DNA from: Thermodesulfobacteriota bacterium
GTDB taxonomy: Bacteria; Desulfobacterota; Desulfobulbia; Desulfobulbales; SURF-16
Length of the DNA: 64,000 nucleotides
Direction of reading: 5' to 3'
NCBI GenBank assembly: GCA_039715015.1
Contig: JBDLIE010000002.1
Span: 32,001 to 96,000 of the forward strand
Made by a program: the position numbers and the translations under genes. Shown in pieces: positions 11,905 through 21,401 of this stretch. The stretch's first letter is position 1, and every line of letters begins with the position of its first letter. Below the pieces are notes generated by a model. The model made no database searches. It had not been told where the DNA came from and saw only the letters and a program-made list of their open reading frames with translations.

Positions 11905-12032
11905 AAGATATCCTTAATCCGGCTAAGATGGTCTTCTTTCAGCCGCACTTGAAGGGGTAAGACCCTCTCATCCCAAAGCTGGCAAGAGGTTCCAGTTGAC
12001 CTCTTCATCCATCTTCTCTATTTCCCCACATA

Positions 12033-12917
12033 TTACTTAATAGAGGCCCTAAATACCTGCGCGCAAAACTGTCCTAATGTTCCCAAATTGTCACAGACCT
12101 GAACGCCTCCGGCTTTCATGGCGGCAATCTTCGCGGCTGCTGTGCCTGCAGAGCCACTAATAATGGCACCAGCATGGCCCATGCGCCTTCCTGGGGGGGC
12201 TGTCAAACCAGCGATAAAGCCCACCACCGGTTTGCTCATCTTTTCTTTAATAAATCTTGAGGCTTCTTCTTCAGCTGAGCCGCCGATCTCGCCAACCATG
12301 ACCACGCCCCTGGTTTCATCATCCGCCTCAAAGGCAGCCAGGCAATCGATGAAGCTGGTGCCATTGACAGGATCTCCGCCAATGCCAAGGCAGGTGGTTT
12401 GACCGATTCCTTGTTTGGTAAGCTGATCCACCACCTCGTAGGTCAGGGTGCCGGAGCGGGAAACCACACCAATGGGCCCAGCAGCCTTATGGATAGCACC
12501 CGGCATGATTCCCACCTTGGCATGGCCGGGAGTTATGATCCCTGGACAGTTAGGACCAATGAGACGGCTCTTTTTATTGGCAAGAAAGGTTTTCACCTTG
12601 AGCATATCCATCACCGGGATGCCTTCTGTGATACAAACAATAAGCTCAAGACCGGCATCGGCAGCCTCCATGATCGCGTCTCCAGCAAAGGCAGGCGGCA
12701 CAAAAATCATGGATGTATTGGCGCCGGTTCTGGTAACCGCCTCATGAACCGTATTAAAAACAGGCACTCCATCTAAAATCTGACCGCCTTTGCCCGGAGT
12801 GACACCTGCCACAACCTGGGTGCCGTACTCCCGGCATTGGGAGGTGTGGAATTGCCCCTCACGGCCAGTAATACCCTGGACAAGGAGCTGGGTCTGTCCA
12901 TCAACAAAAATCGCCAT
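12033..12917 (-). CDS. sucD: Succinyl-CoA synthetase alpha subunit
   Basis: [20 protein letters not shown] and MGHAGA (phospho-His) motifs. Confidence 0.96.
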   Translation of the reverse strand: MAIFVDGQTQLLVQGITGREGQFHTSQCREYGTQVVAGVTPGKGGQILDGVPVFNTVHEAVTRTGANTSMIFVPPAFAGDAIMEAADAGLELIVCITEGIPVMDMLKVKTFLANKKSRLIGPNCPGIITPGHAKVGIMPGAIHKAAGPIGVVSRSGTLTYEVVDQLTKQGIGQTTCLGIGGDPVNGTSFIDCLAAFEADDETRGVVMVGEIGGSAEEEASRFIKEKMSKPVVGFIAGLTAPPGRRMGHAGAIISGSAGTAAAKIAAMKAGGVQVCDNLGTLGQFCAQVFRASIK

Positions 12918-12922
12918 ATTTC

Positions 12923-14083
12923 TTATCCTGCAATGGCTGCCACCTTGGCAGCGGCATCAGCCAAGTCAAGGGCTGTGATCAGATTGAGTTTGGAAGCGGC
13001 CAGAATCTCCCGGCCCTTTTCAACATTGGTTCCTTCCATGCGGATGACCACCGGCACGTTGATGTCAACCACCCGGGCCGCCTGGACAATACCCTCGGCC
13101 AGCACATCACAACGGAGAATACCGCCGAAGATATTAATCAAAATCCCTTTAACCCGTTCATCACGAAGGATGAGGCGGAAGCCCTGCTCAACCATCTCAG
13201 CCGAAGCACCGCCGCCCACGTCAAGAAAATTGGCCGGAGAAGCCCCGGCTTGTTTGATGATATCCATGGTGGCCATGGCAAGACCAGCGCCATTAACCAT
13301 ATTGCCGATGGTGCCATCGAGATTGATGTAGTTGAGGTTATGCCTTGAGGCCTCGACCTCCAAAGGATCTTCCTCACTCTCATCACGCATGGCAACAATC
13401 TCAGGATGGCGATAGAGGCTGTTTGCGTCCACATCCATCTTGGCATCCAGGGCAACCACCTGCTGGTCTTCGGTGACCACTAAGGGATTGATCTCTACCA
13501 TGGAGCAATCTTTCGAGATCATCAAATTGTAAAGATTATCAAGGAGACTCATAAAAGATTTGGCTGCCGGCCCGGAGAGCCCCAGACCAAAGGCCACCTG
13601 TCGGCAATGATAGGCCTGAAGGCCGACAAGAGGATTAACCCGCACCTTGATGATCTTTTCCGGGGTGGCAGCTGCCACCTCTTCGATATCCATGCCTCCT
13701 TCGGAACTGGCCATGATCATGATGGTGGCACTGTCACGGTCCGGCAGGATGGCAAGATAGAACTCCCGGCTGATGGCAAGGCCCTCTTCCACCAGGACCT
13801 TCTCCACCAATTTGCCCTGGGCACCGGTCTGGCGGGTAACGAGATTCATGCCCAGGATTTCACCGGCAATAGTCGCGACCTCGTTCTTATCATGGCCGAG
13901 CTTAACACCGCCGCCCTTACCGCGGCCGCCGGCATGGATCTGGGCCTTAACAACCACAGGGTATCCAGGGAGTTCAGCCGCTGCCTGACAAGCCTCGGCA
14001 ATGTTTGTCGCCTTGGCACCCTTTGGTACAGCTACCCCTGCCTGGGCAAAAAGCTCTTTGGCCTGATATTCATGAATTTTCAT
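12923..14083 (-). CDS. sucC: Succinyl-CoA synthetase beta subunit
   Basis: [29 protein letters not shown] and NIFGGI motifs. Confidence 0.96.
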   Translation of the reverse strand: MKIHEYQAKELFAQAGVAVPKGAKATNIAEACQAAAELPGYPVVVKAQIHAGGRGKGGGVKLGHDKNEVATIAGEILGMNLVTRQTGAQGKLVEKVLVEEGLAISREFYLAILPDRDSATIMIMASSEGGMDIEEVAAATPEKIIKVRVNPLVGLQAYHCRQVAFGLGLSGPAAKSFMSLLDNLYNLMISKDCSMVEINPLVVTEDQQVVALDAKMDVDANSLYRHPEIVAMRDESEEDPLEVEASRHNLNYINLDGTIGNMVNGAGLAMATMDIIKQAGASPANFLDVGGGASAEMVEQGFRLILRDERVKGILINIFGGILRCDVLAEGIVQAARVVDINVPVVIRMEGTNVEKGREILAASKLNLITALDLADAAAKVAAIAG

Positions 14084-14090
14084 CTCTATA

Positions 14091-15980
14091 CTAACCAGGG
14101 AATCCTAAGCCCGTGAGGACATCGGTTATCTCATCCAGAATGAGAGGATCATCAATGGTGGAAGGCATACGGTATTCCTTGCCATTGGCAATAGAACGCA
14201 TGGTGCCGCGCAGAATTTTTCCAGAACGGGTTTTCGGCAGTCTGTCCACCACTGCTGTTGTCCGATAGCAGGCAATAGGGCCGATCTTGTCGCGAACCAT
14301 CTGGGCAAGTTCACCGGCAAGCTCGTCGGCATCCCGTGTACGGCCAGCCTTCAAGACAACAAGTCCCACCGGCAGCTGGCCTTTGAGCTGATCTTCAGTG
14401 CCAAAGACCGCGCATTCGGCCACATCAGGATGGGTGGCAATAACTTCCTCCATGGCGCCGGTGGAGAGGCGATGACCGGCGATATTGATAACATCATCCA
14501 TGCGCCCCATGATATAGACATAGCCGTCTTCATCGATGAAACCGCCATCGCTGGTTTCATAGTAGCCTGGAAAGGTGGTCATATACGATTTTTTAAATTT
14601 TTCCTCATCACGCCACAAGGAGGCCAGGGTGCCGGGGGGAAGGGGCAGCTTAACAACCACATTGCCCTCTTGGTTAGGGCCAACAACCTTGCCGCCATCA
14701 TCAAGGATCTGGACATCATAACCAGGCACCGGCTTAGTGGCAGAGCCAGCCTTTACTGGAAATTCCTCGATGCCTCGACAGTTGGCAACAATGGCCCAAC
14801 CAGTCTCAGTCTGCCACCAATGATCAATCACCGGCACCTTAAGAAGTTCCGAAGCCCAATGATAGGTGTCGGGATCAAGGCGTTCACCTGCAAGGTAGAG
14901 CGCTTCAAAGCAGTCCAAGTCATACCTGCGGCATAACTCCCCTTGGGGATCTTCCTTTTTAATGGCCCGAAAAGCGGTGGGAGCAGTAAACAGGGCCTTG
15001 ACTCCATGTTCGGAAATTACTCGCCAAAAGGCACCGGCATCAGGTGTGCCAATGGGTTTTCCTTCATAGAAGACAGTGGTACAGCCGGCAAGAAGAGGCC
15101 CGTAAACAATGTATGAGTGGCCCACCACCCAGCCTACGTCTGAGGCCGACCAAAACACATCGCCCGGCTCTATATTATAGACATTTTTCATGGACCAGTT
15201 AAGGGCCACAGCATGGCCGCCATTATCCCGTATAACCCCTTTGGGCATGCCGGTGGTACCAGAAGTATATAGGATATAGAGAGGAGATGTCGCCTCAACA
15301 GGTACGCAGTCAACCGGCTGGGCATCAGCCATAAGATCCTGCCAGGAATAATCGCGTCCAGCCTGCAGGTCGGCATCAACAAATTCACGCCTATAAACGA
15401 TAACTGAGTCCACAGGGTGGCTGGCAATGGCCAGGGCCTCATCAACCAAAGGCTTATAGGCCAGGGTTTTCTTGCCTTCTATGGCACCACTTGCCGTAAT
15501 GAGCAGCTTGGGTCGGGCATGATCAATACGCAGGGCAAGCTCGCTGGGGGCAAAACCGCCGAAAACCACAGAGTGAATGGCGCCAAGACGGGCACAGGCC
15601 AGCATGGCAAAAGCGGCCTCAGGAATCATGGGCATATAGATAATAACCGTATCACCCTTAGCAACCCCCTTTTCCTGCAAAGCACCGGCAAATCGCGCCA
15701 CCTGATCCTGGAGTTCAGCGTAGGTTATCTTGCGGACAGTATCAGTAACCGGGCTGTCAAAAATGATAGCGACCTGGTCGCCCCGGCCATTTTCCACATG
15801 GCGATCAACGGCGTTATAGCAGGTGTTGAGTTCACCGCCTTTAAACCAGCGATAGAAAGGAGGATTGCTATCGTCCAGAATGACATCCGGTTTTTTATGC
15901 CAATCTAATGCTTTACCGGCCTCTGCCCAGAAAATCTCTGGATCGGAGATACTCAGTGCAAAGATGTCATCATATTTCAT
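14091..15980 (-). CDS. prpE: Propionyl-CoA synthetase (AMP-forming)
   Basis: YTSGTTGMPKG, DHWWQTETGW and PKTRSGKILR motifs; first gene of the methylmalonyl-CoA operon. Confidence 0.85.
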   Translation of the reverse strand: MKYDDIFALSISDPEIFWAEAGKALDWHKKPDVILDDSNPPFYRWFKGGELNTCYNAVDRHVENGRGDQVAIIFDSPVTDTVRKITYAELQDQVARFAGALQEKGVAKGDTVIIYMPMIPEAAFAMLACARLGAIHSVVFGGFAPSELALRIDHARPKLLITASGAIEGKKTLAYKPLVDEALAIASHPVDSVIVYRREFVDADLQAGRDYSWQDLMADAQPVDCVPVEATSPLYILYTSGTTGMPKGVIRDNGGHAVALNWSMKNVYNIEPGDVFWSASDVGWVVGHSYIVYGPLLAGCTTVFYEGKPIGTPDAGAFWRVISEHGVKALFTAPTAFRAIKKEDPQGELCRRYDLDCFEALYLAGERLDPDTYHWASELLKVPVIDHWWQTETGWAIVANCRGIEEFPVKAGSATKPVPGYDVQILDDGGKVVGPNQEGNVVVKLPLPPGTLASLWRDEEKFKKSYMTTFPGYYETSDGGFIDEDGYVYIMGRMDDVINIAGHRLSTGAMEEVIATHPDVAECAVFGTEDQLKGQLPVGLVVLKAGRTRDADELAGELAQMVRDKIGPIACYRTTAVVDRLPKTRSGKILRGTMRSIANGKEYRMPSTIDDPLILDEITDVLTGLGFPG

Positions 15981-16055
15981 TCCATAGCCCCGTGTGTAAT
16001 TGCTGAATCTGCACCAGGTAGAACCACCCAGGTAATTATACGTACCGACAAAAAA

Positions 16056-16084
16056 TCATTAGCATTCATCATGTTCTTTGTCAA
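16056..16084 (-). promoter_or_regulatory. Candidate sigma70 promoter of the prpE operon
   Basis: Minus strand TTGACA-17 nt-TAATGA with an extended -10 TG, about 75 nt upstream of prpE. Confidence 0.45.
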
Positions 16085-16194
16085 TCTTAGGAGGGTCGCC
16101 ATCACCTCAGTCTTGCCAAGGATGGAATTTACCCATAATGTATTGTTTGCCGTACATCAATTTACCTAAGCCCCTTGTTTAATATTGGAGATTA

Positions 16195-16629
16195 TTGACA
16201 AAAATGTTTTCTGAAATGATTGAAGATTTACAGTCAGGGCTTGAACCCACCCTTCCCCTTCTGCGCCAACGCCTGCAGGCTGCCATGGTTAAAAAAATGG
16301 CAATGATGCGTCTCCATAAAGAATTTCACCATAATGACAGTAAAATTAATCCCAATACCGACCATATGATGTGGGCGGCTATCTTGCTGGAGGATCATGA
16401 TGCCATGGAAACTCTGGCCACTATTTTATTAACCGAAGCCCATGATCGCTATGAGGCGCAACGGGGCGCCATGGATGCACCTCGTTCTCCTCCTGAGCTT
16501 TCCGGAGTTTTAACCCTGAGCGTGCGAAAATTGCTTGCAGTCAGCGCCAGCAACAAGCTCTCCCACCTCCTTAATGAAAAATTTAAAAAGGCAACTATTT
16601 TCAAAGAGTTAACAGGGATATTACGTTGA
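16195..16629 (+). CDS. Hypothetical protein
   Basis: 144-aa ORF preceded by GGAG; no recognised motif. Confidence 0.6.
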   Translation: MTKMFSEMIEDLQSGLEPTLPLLRQRLQAAMVKKMAMMRLHKEFHHNDSKINPNTDHMMWAAILLEDHDAMETLATILLTEAHDRYEAQRGAMDAPRSPPELSGVLTLSVRKLLAVSASNKLSHLLNEKFKKATIFKELTGILR

Positions 16630-16874
16630 CTTTTCCACCTGGAACGATATTATATTTTTTCCTTACTATTCTTTAAGGCAGTTAAAATTTCCTTGTAGAA
16701 AGTTTCACGGAACAGCAACCGCCATCAAGTAAGAGACAAACGCAGCTGTCTATATTTTTTTTCGGAGCATCCTGCCTATTTTTTCTCCCTAAAATAGGCC
16801 CATAAGGATGGTTCACGTTTCATCCAGCTCAGTTTTCAAACTGCTGCCGGGCAACTTTTTTTTGAGTATTTTTT

Positions 16875-18923
16875 ATGTTTCATGTTTTCCGTCACATCCT
16901 ATTTTTCTTTTTTCTGTTGGCAGCCCTTGTTTCTGTAAGTTTTGCTGACCAGCACAACCTTTCCCATGAGGATGAGGAGGAACTCTCCCATCTTCTCGAC
17001 GTCCTTGACAAGCATACTGCGATTGCAACCAAAACCAAGATGAACGCCGACTATATTCCCGGTATGGTCACTGTTCTCCACGGCAAGGACCTTGAGGCCC
17101 GCGGCAAGAGAAATATCATGGAGGCCCTCACCCTGGTCCCTGGTCTTGATATTACCCTCAGCGCAAACGGCACACCTGCCTTAGTGAGCCGCGGCATAGG
17201 CAGCCCGTATATCTCGGCAACGTCCATGATTCTCCTTAATGGAACACCGCTCAACACCACTCTCTTCGGTTTTGGCACTGGCGTTTGCAACATGCCCATT
17301 GAACAGATTGACCGTATAGAGGTTATCCGCGGCCCTGGTGCAGCGGTGCATGGTGAATTTGCTTACAGCGGAGTGATCAATATCATCACCCGCCTGGATG
17401 ACAACCGCCTCTTTGCCACCTATGGAAAAAACAAATCCTACGCCGGCGGTGCCATGGCTTATTTTCGTGACAGCGCCAACAATTTCCAAATCTCCATCAA
17501 CGGTTCATTGTCAGACAGTGAAGGGCAATCCCACTTTGCCGGTCCAGATATCTTCGGCGCTTTTGGAAACAGCAACGAGTTACGTGAGAGCAGTAATGCC
17601 TTTCTGACAGTGAAGTACAAAGATTTCACCCTCCTTGCCAATAATGTCGAGGAAAGGGTCGGAGATTATTACGGAGTGCAGCCCCTTGACGACAATCATG
17701 TTGCCCAAACCCATTTATATGAAAATATTGAAGCGCAACAACGCATCCGCCCCTCTGCGGATCTTGACATCCAGCTCAAGGTCGGTTGGCAGAATTATAG
17801 CTTCGACGTTAACAAAGCAAACATCATCCCCCCCAGCAGTCTCCCCTCTTTTACGGGTTTCACCTACACGGACGGCGTGCAGGTGTCGATTTACAGTTTA
17901 GAGGAGAAATTTTTCACCTGCCTGGAGGCCTCCTGGCAGGGCATTGCCGATCACCAGATCCTGGCCGGTTTCTCCTACAACCATGTTGAACTGCGTGATG
18001 TCTGGCAGAAGACAAATATTGATCTCGTCACTTACGCGCCAACATACTGGCAGGAAGTCACTGGCAATAGCCTCTTTGTAGATGATGACAGCAGACGAGA
18101 CATATACAGTGTCATCCTTCAGGATGTTTGGCAAATGGCCCCCACCATAACCCTGACCACCGGTATGCGGGCCGATCACTACAGTGATGTCGGCGATAGC
18201 TTTACCCCGCGTCTCTCAGCAGTATGGCAACCTTCTGAACATCATATTTTCAAAGTTCAGGCAGCCCGGGCCTTCCGCCCCCCGACATTCATGGAACTCT
18301 ACGGTTCCGAGATACCTTTGCAGGGAAATCCCAATATAGAGCCTGAAACCATTGACACCTATGAAGTTGGCTATATTCACCGTAAAAACAAACATACAGC
18401 CAAGCTCACCATTTTCTACTCACGCCTGTACGACCTTATCGTCACGGTCCCCAAGGGCATCATGGCTCGATATACCAATAGTGATGGCGCTAAACAGATG
18501 GGCTTTGAAATCGAACTGGAACAACAAATCCTGTCCAATCTGAAGTTTGACGGCAATATATCCTATGCCCATACCAAGGACATTGATAGTGAAGAGGAGG
18601 TCTTGGGGGCTATGAAATGGCAGGCCAATGCCGCCCTCATCTACCAACCTGTTTCCTGGGCCTCCTTTGCCTGCCAATATCGTTTTGTTGATGAACGGGC
18701 CAGAGATGCAAATGACCCTCGTGATGATCTGGAGAGTTATGACAAGGTTGACCTTACCCTTTCCTATTTCCCCTCAGAGTTTGAGGGGTTAACCCTTCGG
18801 GCCGGGGTGCAAAATGTTTTCAACAAAGAAATCCTTAATCCTTCACCATCAGCACTTAGCTTCCCGGATGATTTTGAAACACAGGATAGATACTGGTGGC
18901 TTCAATGCTCCTATGAGTTCTAG
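16875..18923 (+). CDS. TonB-dependent receptor (type associated with signalling genes)
   Basis: Signal peptide, plug motif IDRIEVIRGPG..GVINIIT, beta-barrel and C-terminal Phe. Confidence 0.92.
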   Translation: MFHVFRHILFFFFLLAALVSVSFADQHNLSHEDEEELSHLLDVLDKHTAIATKTKMNADYIPGMVTVLHGKDLEARGKRNIMEALTLVPGLDITLSANGTPALVSRGIGSPYISATSMILLNGTPLNTTLFGFGTGVCNMPIEQIDRIEVIRGPGAAVHGEFAYSGVINIITRLDDNRLFATYGKNKSYAGGAMAYFRDSANNFQISINGSLSDSEGQSHFAGPDIFGAFGNSNELRESSNAFLTVKYKDFTLLANNVEERVGDYYGVQPLDDNHVAQTHLYENIEAQQRIRPSADLDIQLKVGWQNYSFDVNKANIIPPSSLPSFTGFTYTDGVQVSIYSLEEKFFTCLEASWQGIADHQILAGFSYNHVELRDVWQKTNIDLVTYAPTYWQEVTGNSLFVDDDSRRDIYSVILQDVWQMAPTITLTTGMRADHYSDVGDSFTPRLSAVWQPSEHHIFKVQAARAFRPPTFMELYGSEIPLQGNPNIEPETIDTYEVGYIHRKNKHTAKLTIFYSRLYDLIVTVPKGIMARYTNSDGAKQMGFEIELEQQILSNLKFDGNISYAHTKDIDSEEEVLGAMKWQANAALIYQPVSWASFACQYRFVDERARDANDPRDDLESYDKVDLTLSYFPSEFEGLTLRAGVQNVFNKEILNPSPSALSFPDDFETQDRYWWLQCSYEF

Positions 18924-19014
18924 GTAGATTTATAAAAGTTGCTAAGGAAGCAGCAAGAAAGACTAAACAACAAACAAGTAAACAGAGAACAAGAATCCGG
19001 GCTTATTAGAAATC

Positions 19015-19623
19015 GTGACACATCGTTTAAGGAAAATAGACGCCTTCAAGACATCGAGCTGCCTTTTTTTATGCGGCATACTCCTGCTTTGTCTTGTAAA
19101 GGCTTCCCTTGCGGCCCAGGACCAAGACAGCCATATTGCCCGGCGTCTCAGGGCTGGGCTGGATCTCTTTCCGAGTTTCCTTGCTGCAGATCTCCACATC
19201 AAAGACAAGCTTGATAAAAAAGGCTATCTGATTCTCTATGTCGTCCATCATAACGATAAACGGACCGCCCAGAAAATCGCTTCGAAGCTCCTGGATATCA
19301 AGGCAATAAAAGGTGCGCCCCTCAAAGTCATCATCGTCCGTGATGATTATGATGACCTGCAAAGTTATGAGCCAGCAGCAATATTCATCGCCCAGCCTCA
19401 ACTTCCCCACCTGCCTGCCATTGTCAATTACGGCAAGCAAAAAAGCATTATTACCTTCTCTCCCTTTGTCGGCGATGTCAATCTCGGCGTTACAGGGTCA
19501 ATCTCCGTTACAGCGCGCATTCTTCCGCAGGTGAACATGACCACACTTGGTGATTCCAAGTTGAATTTAAAACCATTTTTCCTTCGTATTGCCTCACGCT
19601 ACCCTGAAGTTGAAATAAATTGA
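19015..19623 (+). CDS. YfiR/DUF4154-like periplasmic protein
   Basis: Signal peptide; C-terminal VNMTTL..SKLNLKPFFLRIA resembles the YfiR-family terminus; sits between the receptor and a kinase. Confidence 0.65.
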   Translation: MTHRLRKIDAFKTSSCLFLCGILLLCLVKASLAAQDQDSHIARRLRAGLDLFPSFLAADLHIKDKLDKKGYLILYVVHHNDKRTAQKIASKLLDIKAIKGAPLKVIIVRDDYDDLQSYEPAAIFIAQPQLPHLPAIVNYGKQKSIITFSPFVGDVNLGVTGSISVTARILPQVNMTTLGDSKLNLKPFFLRIASRYPEVEIN

Positions 19624-21344
19624 ATTTCCTGGGCTCATTTTTTAACAGAACCGATTCTTACCATGGTCGCATCACCTTGGTTTTTATCCTGCTCGCAGCT
19701 ATATTGGAAGGAGCCCTGGCCAGTTACTGGCTCTTTGCCCTTGAACCACGTCTTCGTTCCGAGGCATCTGCATACTCTCAGGCCTTATCCACAGCCCAGG
19801 CCCAGATTCTTGCATTTGAAATCTCCGGGAAAGGAGATGGCCAGCGTGAGGAAAAGCTGAGCCTTGCCATGGACAAGATTCTCCTTTTCCGCGTCCCGCA
19901 ATCACAAAAACCCTTTACAAAGAAAATTAGACTGGAACTTGATTACGATGTAGTCAAAGCCCCTCCAGGCTCACTTGACTTCAGCTTTGGAGCCAGAGAA
20001 CCAAGCAACTGCGTCACGGTCTCCATCGCCCTTTTTTCGCCAATATCCAGGGAACTGCTCGGCATTGCCCATTTCAGCAACAACCGGGCTGTTATCGAAG
20101 ACCTGGAAAGGGAGGTCCGTACTAAACTTACCCTGGCTTCGGCATTAATCATCCTTCTGCTCATTGTCGTTTGGCTTACCATTTCCAGTCTCAATGCGCG
20201 TCTCAGCAACTATGCCGAAGACCTGGCAAGGGCCAGGGAGATTTCTGAAAAGACCATTGCCTCGCTGCAGGATTCGCGCATAGCCTTAAATCCGGAGGGG
20301 AATATTACCGAAATCAATCCCTACTCGGCAAACCTTCTTGGATATGATGAAAAAGAAATGATTGGCCGGCACATCAGTGAGTTCCTCAAAGAGTCGCACC
20401 TCTTCAGGGGGACACATCTGCAGCAATTTATCGAGGAAACAACCTTTGCCAACACAGAGCTTCATTTTATCAATAAAGATGAAACCATCACTGATATGAT
20501 GTTTTCTGCGGCCATGGTACATGACCCAGAGGGAAATTTTAACGGCATTATCTGTATCGGAAAAGATGTCACCGCCCTCAACGAAGCCAAGCGGGAGATA
20601 GAGGAAAAACAAACCCAGATGATCCACGCCGGCCGCCTCAGCGCCCTGGGAGAAATGGCGACAGGTATAGCCCACGAGCTTAATCAACCGCTGTATATTA
20701 TCCGCCTTGCTGCTGATTGTCTCCGCGATTATTTTAAACGTAACGCTGCAGAAGCTATTGAGGCAACAGATGTCGACAAGATCATCAGTCAGGTGGAACG
20801 CTCCACAACAATCATTAATAGTATGCGCTCTTTTGGTCGGGCTGAAACAGGTGAAATGCGCCCTGTTAATATTGCTAAGCCGCTGAATCTGGCCCTCTCC
20901 TTCTTCCATCAACAATTTAGAAAAAACAACCTTGTTCTCAGGGAAGAAATCGACGGGGACCTTCCACAGGTCCAAGCTAATGCCCAAAAATTCGAGCAGA
21001 TAGTTATTAATTTTCTCTCTAATGCTCGCTACGCCGTCACCAAACAGCTGGAAAAAGAAAATGGCGAATATACCCCTGAGGTCCTTATCCGTCTTTACCA
21101 GGATGAAAAAGATGATCGTCTCATTTTTGAAGTAGAGGATAATGGCACGGGTATGAACACAGATGAGCTTGACCGGTGCCTGGAACCCTTTTTCACCTCT
21201 AAGGAAGTTGGCCAGGGCACTGGCCTGGGCCTCTCCATTGTTCATGGTCTTGTTAATGAAATGGGTATGGAGCTTGTGGTGGGCAGCACTGAGGGAAAAG
21301 GCAGTATATTTCGAATTTTTATGATACCCGCAGACAACAATTAA
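19620..21344 (+). CDS. Membrane PAS-domain sensor histidine kinase
   Basis: Two TMs, PAS domain, H-box AHELNQP, and N, G1, F, G2 boxes (DNGTG, PFFTSK, GTGLGL). Confidence 0.93.
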   Translation: MNFLGSFFNRTDSYHGRITLVFILLAAILEGALASYWLFALEPRLRSEASAYSQALSTAQAQILAFEISGKGDGQREEKLSLAMDKILLFRVPQSQKPFTKKIRLELDYDVVKAPPGSLDFSFGAREPSNCVTVSIALFSPISRELLGIAHFSNNRAVIEDLEREVRTKLTLASALIILLLIVVWLTISSLNARLSNYAEDLARAREISEKTIASLQDSRIALNPEGNITEINPYSANLLGYDEKEMIGRHISEFLKESHLFRGTHLQQFIEETTFANTELHFINKDETITDMMFSAAMVHDPEGNFNGIICIGKDVTALNEAKREIEEKQTQMIHAGRLSALGEMATGIAHELNQPLYIIRLAADCLRDYFKRNAAEAIEATDVDKIISQVERSTTIINSMRSFGRAETGEMRPVNIAKPLNLALSFFHQQFRKNNLVLREEIDGDLPQVQANAQKFEQIVINFLSNARYAVTKQLEKENGEYTPEVLIRLYQDEKDDRLIFEVEDNGTGMNTDELDRCLEPFFTSKEVGQGTGLGLSIVHGLVNEMGMELVVGSTEGKGSIFRIFMIPADNN

Positions 21345-21401
21345 GGTACAATTCCCATCTAAAATTTTTAAACTATACCTTCGCATCCACGAACTTCAAT
21401 T

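Noticed and set aside
16630..16874. Cobalamin riboswitch / btuB assignment for the receptor near the B12-dependent mutase operon
   Set aside because: No B12-box or other cobalamin riboswitch consensus recognised, and the downstream genes are signalling rather than uptake genes.
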